Below, piece after piece: positions 1 through 13,286 of a stretch of 64,000 bases of DNA; position 1 is the first letter of the stretch, and every line of letters starts with the position of its first letter. The translations under genes and the position numbers were made by a program. Below the pieces are notes generated by a model. The model did no database searches and was not told the origin of the DNA. It was given only the letters and a program-made list of their open reading frames with translations. This stretch comes from Ophelia neglecta (lineage: Eukaryota), in NCBI GenBank assembly GCA_965285935.1, contig OZ260667.1, forward strand, positions 42,222,001 through 42,286,000, given 5' to 3'.

Positions 1-3000
1 TAGTTGTTGAGCAGTGTAACTTTTATCAACTAGACACTATTAAATTTCCACTGTTCTGTGCGACACATTTCAATTTCAATACCCGTACCAATCTGCCTCT
101 TGCCTCGATATTCAATTAGGTATAATTTCTTTCCCAATTCTAGGCCTTTATGTAGATACACTCGTAAACTGACGAGTTGCTAATAAGCTGACAGCCTGCC
201 ACTGCTAATACCCTGTTCATAATTCAGCCTTCTATTCGCTCGCCTCATTATACTCTGAACTGTTTCCTTTACTTTGAACTGTTGTATAAAACAACTGTTT
301 ATTTGTCTATGCTGATTCGTTTTTTATGTACATCCGTGGAACTCATGCAATGTTCATAGCATTAACATTAGGCATATTTAGGGTAAGGTCATTTGGCAAA
401 AGGCATGGAGCGTTTGGTCTTATTATTATGAGTACAATTCTTAATAAACACATGAATAATTAGCAATAGTTCCTAAATCAGAAAAAGGTTACAATTCCTT
501 TGCATAGCATCGTTAACCGTGCGAAAATGAGGCATTGTGCTCCATCTTAGTTAGGGCAATATATGAACAGATACGACAAGTTGCCAACACACGCTGTATA
601 ATGTATCTTTGGGTACAATTTATGCACGAAAAAAATCCCTGTTTTTTTCCCTGATTACAGTGCATTTCCTAAAACAATCAGAGCAAGATGCAAACATTGC
701 CGCTCGTATTATAGTTGCTTACAAGAGAAAAGGCTCACCAGAAAGGAGCAATGATATTTCAACTTTGCCACTATAGTATTGATGGTGCCTTTGTGGTTTC
801 TGCAAAAAAATCAGAACAATCATTGAATGCTCTGTCATGCCTTGACATTGATGATTACTCAGTTTAGAAAGATCATGTAAAGGTTCTAATTGACATTGTT
901 TTAACACCTACGCAGCATAAGAATGCAATGGCTTTGAGTGGTTCGTTTTTACATCCTTTTCTTGTCGCATATGCTCTCCTAGGATAGAGCATCTCTGTCC
1001 TACGGTAACTACTTATACGTTTCACAAAAAACTGTAGAATATTTCTAATTGCAAATGACATAAAATTATATTTCATAATTATCGATTTCATGAAAATTTT
1101 ATTTACTGTTGGGGCGCAGGACATTCATTTTTATAGGCCTGCAGCTGTTTGTTCGTGATATTTTCAGAAGGATTTGATGGACTAGGCTTGATTATTGATT
1201 GGCTTTATCTGTCGGGTATCCACTCCCGTCTTTTTCTTACGTTTGAATTTATTCATTTACGAAATTGACTTCACGCCTATTGGAATTTTCCTAGGTAGTT
1301 GTGTTTTAGGCGTTGGCAACAAGACGCTTACAGAGTTCTTTAACGGGTTCATTGAGTAGGAAAAAAACGTTGTTTCTGGAGCCCTGGGATTAACTTTGTA
1401 AAATCTTTACTATAACGATTGATTATTGATTAAACTCAATAGGGGGATAAGTAAATATTTCATCAAGAGGCTTTACAACCCAGCCATCTTATTGTAATGA
1501 AACCATAAACGAACTCCTGCGTCTCAAGTCTATTAATCCATTCTTCGTACTCCCCCATCGATCTTGAACAAGCTTGAAATAAACTAACGACTGATCCAAC
1601 GGAGACAGCATCTAAAACACGGCTGCTGTTCTGACACCTCAAAATTCTTGATTAGCTACAGGCCCATATACACAAACTCCAGTTTCCGTAAATGTGAATA
1701 AGCGTGTCAGGAAGTTAATAATAAGAAATTCGTATAACCTTCAAAGAGGTAGTTAATTTTTTTTCAAAGCCTGCATATCTTTGTTGTAACACCGTTGTTA
1801 CAAATAGGAGCATGAACATAGACAAATGATATATTTTCCTTTCGCACAACTGTGCTATTAATGCATTGACATTTTTTACTTGCCCTGCTTACGATTACTT
1901 GCAATTATTATTTTATGTTGTTTATGGCCGAACCCTTGTCCATGTCGAAACACGTCACAAATAATTGCCTTTGTCCTCGTGGCAGACCCTGCTTTACATA
2001 ACATACATTCTTCTAGGCAACATAAATATATTTCCGATATAAAGTTTAATATTTCTACAAATGCCACAAACAGACCCAAAGGCTATATGCGACATTCTTT
2101 ATTCCCAATGGCAGCCATTTTACGATTCAAGCGTGTTGTCCGTAACGCATCACGTAGGGTGTTGAATGTCTTTTCACCATGTGCTGTTGGTCAAATATCA
2201 GATGTTATTTTACATAGGCAGTATCTTTTGTTGTCTTTCTTTATTTTTGCCTTAAATCATTATATGGAAAACCTTTATTCAGAGACAAGTGCATGGGTTG
2301 TTTTTACAAAATTTATACCTATCTGTGTGTGCGCGATGTTTGTCCGCAGCCTCTAAATTCATTGAGAATTAGATGCCTGATTTGCAGTTTTTAGCCATGA
2401 AGGAACAAAATTGTTTGATAACTCCTCAGGCTTAGCATTGGTGTCTTTATTGGAAATATGATGTGGTCTTCAAAAGCAGGTACCCATACTAACCCTTCAA
2501 TGTTCCTTTTCATGTTCTATGTCACATTCCTAATCGGCTGGGAAAACTCGTGGCCAAGGCTGCTTTCGGGGCTTGGTTTGAAGGACTTCGAAAACGAGGA
2601 GACAATGCTTGTCCTTGCCTATCCATAAGACTTTTTGACGGGAGATATTGTCGCGTTGACCAGAACTCGGCTTGCAGGTAATGTTGTTTCTGAACGGGTA
2701 CAATGACGACTGCTTGTATAATCTGGAATGAGTGGTATGAAATTGAAGCGGTGCAGACACTTCAATATGAACCGCAATCCATGCTGAAATACTGATGCTT
2801 AACTGGTCCAACAGAAAATTTTAAATTTTCCCAACACGGCTACAAGGCTATCTCTCAACTGCCAATGCATGATGGTAGTATCTTCGTTTCATATAGGCCT
2901 CCTTGGTAGTGGACTAATATACATTTTCGTATCTTATCCGACCCTGAAGCCATTATAAAATTTAATAATATGGTAATTTTTAATCGAACTTTCACTGCAA

Positions 3001-6000
3001 CTTTGTAAATTTGAATATCTGTGTGACTCAAACTGTATGGCAGTTAGAACGAAAGTGAGACTGGGACTAGGCGCTTACATAAAAAGAATGACTCTCAAAG
3101 TCATAGTAGTGACGTTAGTATCGTTTGCTTATGAGGGGCATCATAGTTCTGACAGAAAAGCATGCGTCGAATAAATAAAAAATCCTTAAGCATCATAAAA
3201 ACGGGATTGGACACTCGCCAGACAAAGCCCAGTAATTAAATGATAGTCCGTTAAATCACTCCGAAATCATCAAGAACTAACAGCTAGCCTTACATATAAA
3301 TTTGTGTATCTATATTTTGCTGCTTATTAAGCAGCGAGCATCGTATGAATAAGAAATAAAATTATACTAAATAATGTATACCGGCCTGTGGCTGCTATTT
3401 CTTGAATTTTTCGGACGGCTCTTATTGGCTATTCTTGATACATGATTTTGCTTTGACCTTCGGGAATCCCCTCTCATTTTTACATGCAGACGAAGATGCA
3501 CACGTTTATTCAAAAGGCGGCTTTCATTTAATTTTCGTGTTTAATTTTTAAAATTGCAGAGCAATCCAAACTGTGCACCTAAACATCTCTATCAATCATC
3601 CAGGTTTATAGCATATATCAGGTTCTTGAGGCTTATCCCTATAAATGCCAAAGCTTTTCGTGATTTATGTGGGATAATTATTCGTCTTAGTACAACAGAC
3701 GCCTCTTGGACACGGTTTTACGGCCGTGGGGAAGAACACTTATCATAGGACCTTTTTAATATGAAAGTCAGCATCCATTATGGCGCCAAAGATGATGAAG
3801 GATGGGGCTCTGTGCCAGCTTGTAGCACTACTTAATATGGGCCTTGGGTTCTTAGCCCAGCCAAATTCCTCCTTAATGTATCAAACCAGTTTTTTTTCTG
3901 TTTTCCAAATTGGCATAGTGGTATTTCCATAGCAAAAGCCAAGAAAAGAAAATGTATCAAGGACAAATGTGACAAGGACACATGTGGATGTATGAAGAAT
4001 TACAAAGTTAAGAATTAAAATGGTTTCCAAAAGAATTCTTACTATAATAATCATGATGATGATAACAATGTTAAAACTACTAGAATGAAATTTGATTAAA
4101 ATGAATAATTTTATAATCTTTGAGATACTTTCTAGTTTCACACTAGAACCTGACTAGATTCCGTTACATTAATAAATAAGAGATTTTGAAGCAAACTCCT
4201 CTAAATCCGACATTATATTTATCAAATCAAACACTGGCAGAACTCATTAATCGAGGACTCATTGAAAAAAGATGTGCTGAACAGGAAGGGTTTTCTTGGA
4301 ATTTTTGGTCGTTAAGCAAGACCTTCACTCCTACTCTGCACTAGTCTGGTCTGCATACAATGTGCACGAATTGAATATATTATACTGGACTAAATACACT
4401 TTTGTTTCTTTATATATTTGACGCCATATTGTAATTATCAAATATGAACATGTGAATATTGGAAGGACCTTAGTTAGAGTCAGGTGGAATCCCAGGGAGT
4501 TCCGTATAAAACAATAAAACAGGGTTATATGTTCTGAACATACACCAGCAACCGTTATTCAGGGTTACACTCAGTTTCATTGTGAATATGGCTAACAATT
4601 TTGCTTTGCATTTTGACGGATGAATTACCAACTTTGTGGAAACAGTGGTCGACTTTTTTTATCGGCAACTTAATAACAAAGACGACATTGAATTAGCACG
4701 CCAATCGTCAGCAGTTAATGGATCCCCCCCTCCTCCTGTGTCTTTAAACACGACTTTGTGCAATGATGGCCACAATAGTTATTTGGAACTAAAATGGGTC
4801 TACATTATATGAACATTCTAGGTTCAGTTTAAAGTCTAAATCTTCTGCATTTGGTGTTACAATCTTAGCTGTGGCAAGGCACCTTACAATTTACATTTCC
4901 ACTTCCGGCTTTTAGGTCTCGGCCAAAACTTTTATCTCACACTACTATTTAGTTGTGCAGGATAATAAAATGGCCGATCGGAGCCTTGCACAGTTTTTCT
5001 AAAGTTTGGGCATTAACATATTCACCAAATCGATGTAACGCAGAAAATCGCTGTTCAATTATCAACAGGGCCAAGAACTTTTACCATATGAACCTTTTTG
5101 CTCCATCTAGTCCAATATTCAGATACAAAGATACAACCTAAGATCGTATATTTTCTATGCATTTAAAGCAAGCTTACTTCTGAAAAGCCATTACAATTTA
5201 CGTTTTTTCTCAATACCCCTTACTGTGGTGTTAGAGACAAGTATCACCTGTATCCCTCACACAATTGTGCTATTTTCTACTAGCATCAGAGTGTCCATAT
5301 ATGTTTATATAAATAACAGCATGGTGAATCCTAATTGACAACTACCTTGCCCTTGTCCTTGATTTATACTTAAAGTCATCAATGTGGCTAAGCGGCCCGC
5401 CAAGATTGATCATACCTTAAGCTTGTACGAAAAGCCAAGGCTATACTGCGGAACCTAAATTCCCGCTGCGGTTTAGAAGAGACATCCACCAACTTTCGAA
5501 CATGAAGAAGGAATGTTCGAAAACCAGTTTAAACAATGTAGTTTTGAAGAAGGGAATTAGAGGTTTAATACGGTAATTTGGCCCGTTGTCATGTTTTAAA
5601 AGGGTTCGCTGGACAGTAAATAAGGTCCATTCCTGCTTGTTGGGATAAAGTTGTTGGGATATGTTTGACATTAAGTTGTTGGGATTTGTTAACCTCTGAA
5701 TTTACTTTAAAAAAATATCCGATATAATCAGGATAATGCAATGAAAGTAGTCAACATATCTTCGGGACAGTTTATTGGAACCGGAAGCAATTTACGATGT
5801 ATTTAAAAAATAAATGAGAGTGTTCATTGCTTGCTGTTTGATGTAAATCTATGGTGCTCGACCTCTATGTTGAGCAATACTTGTCACAAGGTGTATTACA
5901 GCGAGGGTTTAAAATGTCGCTCGTTAAACACGTACAAGGCTAGCTTGGAAGCCTTGAGTATTGTACATTGACAGATGTGAAAGGTCCTGCGCCAAATGTA

Positions 6001-9000
6001 AATAATTGGTCCTTTTGTGGATTAGAACTGGCTGGTAAACATATATATGATGTCAAGATGCCAAACATTTTCCATGGATGAGGTTCTGATATAGGAGACA
6101 GGCAATATCTCAGGCTGCGAAAAAGTTGGCCATTTTTATTTGTCCATTGATAATTTCTAATAATTACCTACGGCAAGTTCGAATCTCAAAATATCATAAA
6201 TGAAGACATGCATCTGCATTGATGTTTATCTTTCAAAAAAGAACGAATCAATTTGATGACCTGCGATGCCAAGTTGACAGGAAAGAGTTTACCAGTCAAA
6301 CAAAGAAGGAATGTTCAGCGAGATCTATAAAAATAAATATCCACTATTGGAAATAAATCCGAATTTCGTTTGCTGTCCCTCTGGTACCTCAAGGATGAAG
6401 TGGAGGCAGGAGACAAGAGTACCCTGGTATTGAAAGATTTGTATTTTAGTTCCGCCGGTAATCCTAGTATGGAAATCCTGGTGTATATGGTGTCCGGGCT
6501 GGTAATTCTGGTTTATTCCGTCCCCCTGTCGCAAAACACTTGTCCAATAAATTCCGGGTCTTGTTAACTTCGAGTTTTGAGGCGGGGAACTTTTTAGCCA
6601 GGGGAACTTATAATCTTATTCATTTGCTCGCCTTGATGGGTCACACTGCCAAAACTTGGCAAAGTAGCTCTACGAAATGCAACCTGCTCACAGAGGTCGT
6701 AATATAGATATAGCGGGTAATATGGTACCTAGGATTTTGCATATATAGTGAGTGCTCTCGAATGATTTATATAGATATAGCTAAGTCTACAAATCTTCAA
6801 ACATGCACTTTAAATGCCACGGTGTATAGGATAATTACATGAACACACATTGTGACTTCAAATTAAAGGAATTGTTTATTGCTTGATGATAACAGTATAT
6901 AGTAAAATATATGTTACACCCAATCCTTTATTATTACGGGAATATCTATTTTCTGATACGTTTTTTGTTTGCCAATCAGGTTTATTTGCTATATCAGATC
7001 TATCAGATCAGAAAATAGGGCCACTTTGCAGGCCATATTCTTTGGCTCGTTTAAGATAGTCATCACAAAGGAATGTAGTTTAATTAATTTGATTGGCGAA
7101 AGTGGGTTTGTGCTTGCAGCAATTCCTATTCCATATAGCACAGCACATATGTAGATTATCCAAAGCCAGCAGCTGAACCTTCAAATTAGACCTCCCCCAA
7201 AATGTTTAGAAGCAGATGATGTCTGTACTTTGAGGTGCAGATCTTGTATTGTCAAGTTAATGAACCAACTCTACTGAATATCCGTTGAAGTACCATTAGA
7301 GACCCTAAGTTTCGTTATAGTTATCAACCATTCTAGTGTGTCTTCTAGCCTTTATGTCTTCTAAAAGAAATGTGGATGTACATTGTTCACGCATACATCG
7401 AAATCCTGCTGCAAGCATGCTATGTGCTTGTATTTATAGCATACAGAAATGGCAGCTCTATCACTTTAACCTAACGAAGAAATCGAGGCAATCTGTGGAA
7501 CTAAGTATTGGGGCCTCTACTTGCGTAGCATATCATGTCTTTTAGAGGCTTTACAAAGTTATTAAATGATCCTGCGTCGTTTGTTTGATTACGTTGCTTA
7601 CCGAGACTATAGCCATAACTTCAGTTTTTCCTTTGATATAAGGTAGTTTAATATTAATCTATATCTATATATATATACTATTTTTTGCAAGACTTAGCTT
7701 GCTTGCATTAGACCGGCGCCGTCTTTAATCATGGCAGCGGCATGGCTCTGAGTTCAATGGCTTTGGATATTAATATATTCTTGCCACGCATTCAGTATTT
7801 CCAGTTGTCATCCTTCACGTACCCACTGAAGGAGCCTTCCGTTCCTGTGGGACACATCTGGTATCTGTGGCATATTGTTTGAAAATAAGCAATAGAAAGA
7901 ATCTCAGCAGGTGTAAGACCGTGCCATCTAAAACCAAAATACTTTTTCTGCCAAAAACCCTTTTTAATGATTTACAAAACGCTTTGAGTGCAATTTTTTT
8001 GCATGATGTGAAAAACTTTAACCTTTTCAAGAATTGATGTGTTGACATGGCTTTTAAGCCGAGTACGAACTAGCTCTATCCTTTGATACTGAGTTGAGCT
8101 ACATAGAGGTGCACTAGAGATTTACCTTCGAATATCCCTTTAACACTGCCGGTTTTTCTACGGGAGTGATTGGGTTGAAACAGACTATGATTTTAAGCCT
8201 CCCTGCCACGATTGATTGATTGGCAAAGAAAATGTCATTTAAAGAGGCTACTTCCTGTTTGTGAATCCCTATAGATGACTTTCATACAGCGGCTAAAAAT
8301 AGCTTGCTTTGAACAAAACACAAATGCTTCCGTAAGGGACACACGGCCATCTGAATCAGCGAAAGGCAATATGCGTTCTAATGATGGATTGCCAATGAAG
8401 CCCTTGTTTAAACATCAGTTTTATCAAATAATCTGGAAGGTATATTGTCTAATATAGATTACAATAATAAACGAAAACTAGCAATTCGTGTTTGATTAAA
8501 GATTCAGAATTTCTGTCGTGTTCGTCTGCGACACACTCCGAATAAATTTACTTTCGGGCTGTATTTTTCAATTGAATTTGTCATTTTTATACCTAGTTGA
8601 CCGGGTTTGAAGCCAGACACGGCATGGAAGTCTAAAAGTTTCTTATGAGTTGACATATCCGCCCCCGGGCAAGGTTATTAATAGCTTATAAATCTGACGT
8701 TTTTATACCTTGACCAGTACATTTTCTCCGATATGTTTATGCAAAGCGTCTGTCCAAATTTCTGCCCTTTAGAACACTAACAAGTGATCTGTTCATCCCC
8801 TGGACAGAAAGCAAAAGTAACGAGGTCTTTACAACACGAATAGTGTAATATTATTTAGCTACATCGAACTTGCCCACATTAACAGGAATTGTCTATGTGT
8901 CCAACTAACGTTGCTGCATGTATTCTATCATTACAAATTCAGTTCTACTTAATATACGGGACTAAGTCCAAATTGGAAAATGGCGAACTTTCGGTTTAGC

Positions 9001-11495
9001 GTCACTGCAGAAACGCTTAGGGGGTGTTCTCTGAGCTATAGTACTGTTTTGTTGATAGATATTAAGAGGATGTAAAGCAACAGTGTCATTTAACATACTG
9101 TCGTATCAAAATACTTGAGAACGTTTACAAAGAAAGGACTTCCCATAAAACAATCATGCAGATTCTCATTTTAGTTAGAATTAATGTGAATTCTTCCTTT
9201 CTACTATGCTTACTATGTATCATTTGGTCAACAAATGTTAAAAGTGGTTACTTACGATAAATTAAACCGTTATCAATGAACTCACATATTAATAAAAATC
9301 TCCTTGATCAAAGGGTGATACATTTGCTTATCAAAGCTGTGCGATAAGAGGAGCATTTCGTGACGTACCCCATCTTTGCCGCTGATACACGATTTAATTG
9401 TTAGGAGCCTATCTGAGTAAGGTTTTGCCACTCAGATCACAAATGGCTGTCTTGTAGGAACACAGTGGCAGAATTTATCAGTATGTTTAGGATATCTGAA
9501 TAACAAAAAAGCGTTGTTTTCAATTTATAGGGATTGCCTAGTATGACACAAACATACCAATGCAATGCTTTATTTACAATGAACACCAGATCTTATTAAG
9601 TTGGTTAAATCTAGAGAAGATATCTTAAGATATTTGGTTACTCAGATCTGTGTTTTTCACTCCAAGATCACGACAGAAACCAGAAAACTCCGTGAATAAA
9701 TTCCGAAAAATTCTGCCAATACTAGTATAATCAATACAATATTCTCTAAGTATAAGCAAGTAGAAATCATCACACCAGTCGTATAAACATTGATAAGGTC
9801 TGACATTCCGACATGACCGATTTGGCGTCGGCAATTTTTGTTACTCGATTGGTATCTTACCGATGAGCGAAGGCCGGGGCCAGTTCGTTAATTCTATGGT
9901 CGCTTGCTGGGGACTGGTATTGAAGGCCATATCAGGGCCTTGTGGGGCTATAATTCTCATATTGTTTAATCAACCACAAGTCAGTGTTCAAGTAGAGTAA
10001 TGTACTGTGAAAACGATATTTTAACGAAAAAATAAACGACCCTTTGGGTACAGAATGTCTCACTAGTTTATACTTAAGCGATTCGCTAACAAGAAGTAGT
10101 CACAATGTGCATTAAAGTAAACAAACAAGTATTTAGTTTTTAACGTGAAAATATCGTCCCAGGGAGCATTGTCTCAGCAGAAGCATCTACGAAATTTTAT
10201 ATTCAGTCATGTTTTTTCTGATAGCAAGCAGCTAATAGGTTTCCTGGAACTAAATAAATCTCTCCTCTCTTACATTTTTAATTACCTCATTTTTCACATA
10301 TTCACAACAATAATCTGCATTAAGTGTCTAGTTCTGCCTAAAGGCCGAACTGTCAGCGAAATGAGTCAGCAAAGCAAAAATACAATAAAATGCACGAGGA
10401 TTGTTACAAAAAAATGGCAATTTTCCTTGATTTTGTCATAGTAGGGAGCCATACCACACTACACGAACCCATTAATATGTACATGTGTATTGGCAATCCA
10501 ACAATCCCAAAACAACACCATCCGTGTCTCAACATTTTTAGTATTCATATGAATACTATAAAAACTGACTAATCACACACAATACAGGCAATATTGATTT
10601 GTCTCCTTTCTTTGTAGACCAATTACTGACCAATTCGGCCACAACTATAATTGGCTTAAATGCTCTAGAAGACCTGCGGGGTGGCAGCACTGAGTAGCTT
10701 AATTGCTATTTGGCAACCCATACTATTTAACATCAAATATGGCTGCAAAGTATTCATCATATTTTGTAATTTGCAACGTTATCGGCATGGCAATGTTATT
10801 GTATGATAACATATTCTAAAACAATAATAAGTCAATAGAAATATTTTTAGCTTGCCAGTCAGGTTATCTGTTCAGTACTCGAATCGTTGTTGCTATATGT
10901 TTCCTCGACCAGTTTTCTTTGATGTTCTACAAAGCGTTGTGTCTTGTTTACAAGTGACAGTTTTTGTGTCACCAGGTGGCAACCATTTTCATGCATTGCT
11001 ATTCCAAAGTGGATGGAATAAAGAAGGCTGGAGAAAGTAGGCTTAATGTATTGACTTCATCAAATACTTTTCTATAACGTGTATTTCCTGTCGTACAGAA
11101 GTAAGAAATCCGGAGTATTTTGTTAAATGACGCAATAGAAGATCTTAAAAGTTTTCGGTTGTAGTTAAAATTAACTGAAATTAAAAGAAATGACCTTAAA
11201 ATTAAGGCCAGGTTATAAGATTTGATGAATCCAGAATACCTTCATATATCGACTCCTTGGAGGGAAGAATTTAGTGAAGCACATTTTCCTGTTTATTTAT
11301 CAAGTGGAAACGGAAGGAAAATACTTAAATATATAGGATATAGATAGCATAAGAGTATGGGTATTGCTCCAGTACCAATACATTTATTTTGATTTGGATC
11401 TTGCAGCCAGGCTTTTCAAGCTACATGTAGATGCTCATTAATTAACAAAACAAGCTCTTATCAAATATCCCGGTAGGAAGAAGATCTTCACACGT

Positions 11496-12741
11496 TTGAT
11501 TGATTGATATTCTTTATTCCTCCAAATTGGAGAGCATGAAACAAGTTACAATATAACAAAAGGTGCAATGTCACAGAAATGATGTTTGGGGAGTGAATAT
11601 AAGCTATTAGCATAAATGAGAAAAAACATAGTATACTTTGAACTGTGATAGTGCACAGTATTCAGACCAGTGCATAATGCTCCAGTAGTAGATTATGTTA
11701 ATATTAAAATTGGCCTGCATATCGCCCTCTTACTAAATAACATCGGCCCGTATAGCTTAGGTTTAAGATGTTACATCAACAAAGCTCGTAATTTACTTGT
11801 GCGAACTCCGAACAATCGGTATTGCGCCCATCCTACGTTTTGCCCCTCCAGCCTCTCACCAGCCGTCAACAACCAATTGATAGCCTCGGCGGGGTCAGCA
11901 TCATACTCGGCCATCAGCGCACGGATGTCGCCTCTCTCCTCAAGAGCCGGACATACCAGCAGAAAATGGGCAATATCCTTCACTGACGAATCACATAGTT
12001 TACATCATCTGAGGTGCCTGGGGGTGCCCTCGTATCTACCGGATACCATTTCCAGGTTGACATCCTCAAGCGCCAGCTTCACCCTCACTCTGCAAGCAGG
12101 CAAGGACTGTGGGAAGGACATGACCATCCTCCACCAGCTACTCATCTTTGAGTGCCTGAAAGTTTCCCTGTACGTACGTGTACTCGGGTATAGTAGGCAC
12201 GAGAATCTGTGATTCTGGTTCACTGTGTGTTAAATGGCATGTATCACTTTACTAATCCACGCTGGTTTGCTGAGAGAGGTGCCATGAATTAGGTTATTTT
12301 CCAGCAGGTGACTTAGTCCATATTTGTGACATGTCGCGATCATCGCACTGACCGGACCTCTGCTGCGCTGTCGCAGCTCAGACTGCTCTCAACTGCCCTG
12401 TGAATGAATGTCTCGCGGAGAATTGACCCTGGTTCGGCAGACAGTGTACTGGACAGGAGCAGAACCCGGTTATAGTCAATCTCGCACTCCAACGGCCACC
12501 AGCCCATTGTCGCGTAGCTCATTGGCGCGGCAAGTCGAGGCGACAATCTCTAGAGCCTCTTGCCCTCGGTTCTATGGAATTTTTCGAGTTTGTCCATTTC
12601 ACTTGGCAGCAAATTCACAAGCTCCAGTCCGTACAGGAGGCTGGGGAGCACAATCACTTTATAAAGTTTATTTGCAAGTGCTGGCTGCAAGTTTATTTGC
12701 AAGTGCTGCCCATGCGCAGTGTTCCCAATTAATATAGACAA
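11496..12741 (-). mobile_element. Degenerate 5'-truncated RTE/RTEX-like LINE, 3' portion only
   Basis: The minus-strand 3' end reads CTCCAATTTGGAG-G-AATAAA-GAAT-ATCAATCAATCAA (hairpin, polyA signal, (ATCA)n tail at 11496-11508). Upstream ORF fragments are collinear with the C-terminal half of the 13260-14990 protein. Confidence 0.85.
11771..12741 (-). pseudogene. Disabled LINE ORF2 C-terminus (post-RT region and zinc finger)
   Basis: Joined frames read LQPALANKLYKVIVLPSLLYGLEL...KLEKFHRTEGKRL*RLSPR...MGWWPLECEIDYNR.../ ATCHKYGL...SKPAWISKVIHAI*...GRYEGTPRHLR*CKLCDSSVKDIAHFLLVCPAL. Stops are at 12550-12552, 12230-12232 and 12005-12007, with one frameshift near 12340-12360. Confidence 0.85.
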
Positions 12742-13158
12742 TGGAGATTAATACTATCTTATTGAGCAACTAGAACATACATGTATCTTAGAACTGCCAG
12801 AGAAACCAGTGTGCGTTTGATGCTTTGTCAATCTTAATGACATTATATTCCTTTAAACCTTTTATCTTTTAGATCTTTAATTCATGTTTATCACCTAAGC
12901 CTGCTATGTAGATTCTGTCGGAAACAATTACGTGACTCGGTCATCAAGAATATCGGATACCTCTCCACCATATTAAATGCCATTGTTTTACAATATGATG
13001 CCATATTTAGATTCAAGAAATTTGTAGAGTGTGAAAACCGAAAGTGCATTGGGTCGGTTCTATTTGCCTAAGGATGCGTCACATTCAATTTATAGTGCCA
13101 GAATGTCATTGACATAAACAATACTTCTTGCACACACAGTATATTCACAACCGGTTGC

Positions 13159-13286
13159 ATTACTACGTAGCATTTTACAAACGGAAGCAAGTGCTCACAC
13201 CATTAAAAAATAGCAAGAAAGTTTTTTTTTTCGTTTTAACCAATACATTGTATTTTAACATGGCAAAACCAACAACAACATATCAT
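13159..13286 (+). repeat. Left copy of 128-bp target-site duplication
   Basis: ATTACTACGTAG...CAACAACATATCAT matches 15247-15374 base for base by eye, including the T10 run. Confidence 0.95.

Noticed and set aside
1880-2356. 158-aa ORF with a hydrophobic N-terminus
   Set aside because: It has a TTG start, the composition of random AT-rich DNA and no recognisable domain.
5441-5671. HDNGPNY resembling integrase SDNGPQF, and a 10-bp hairpin at 5494-5522
   Set aside because: No other DDE motifs are nearby, and a 10-bp stem is expected by chance in 64 kb.
11670-12737. + strand ORFs of 180 aa and 109 aa
   Set aside because: They are antisense shadows of the minus-strand LINE remnant.
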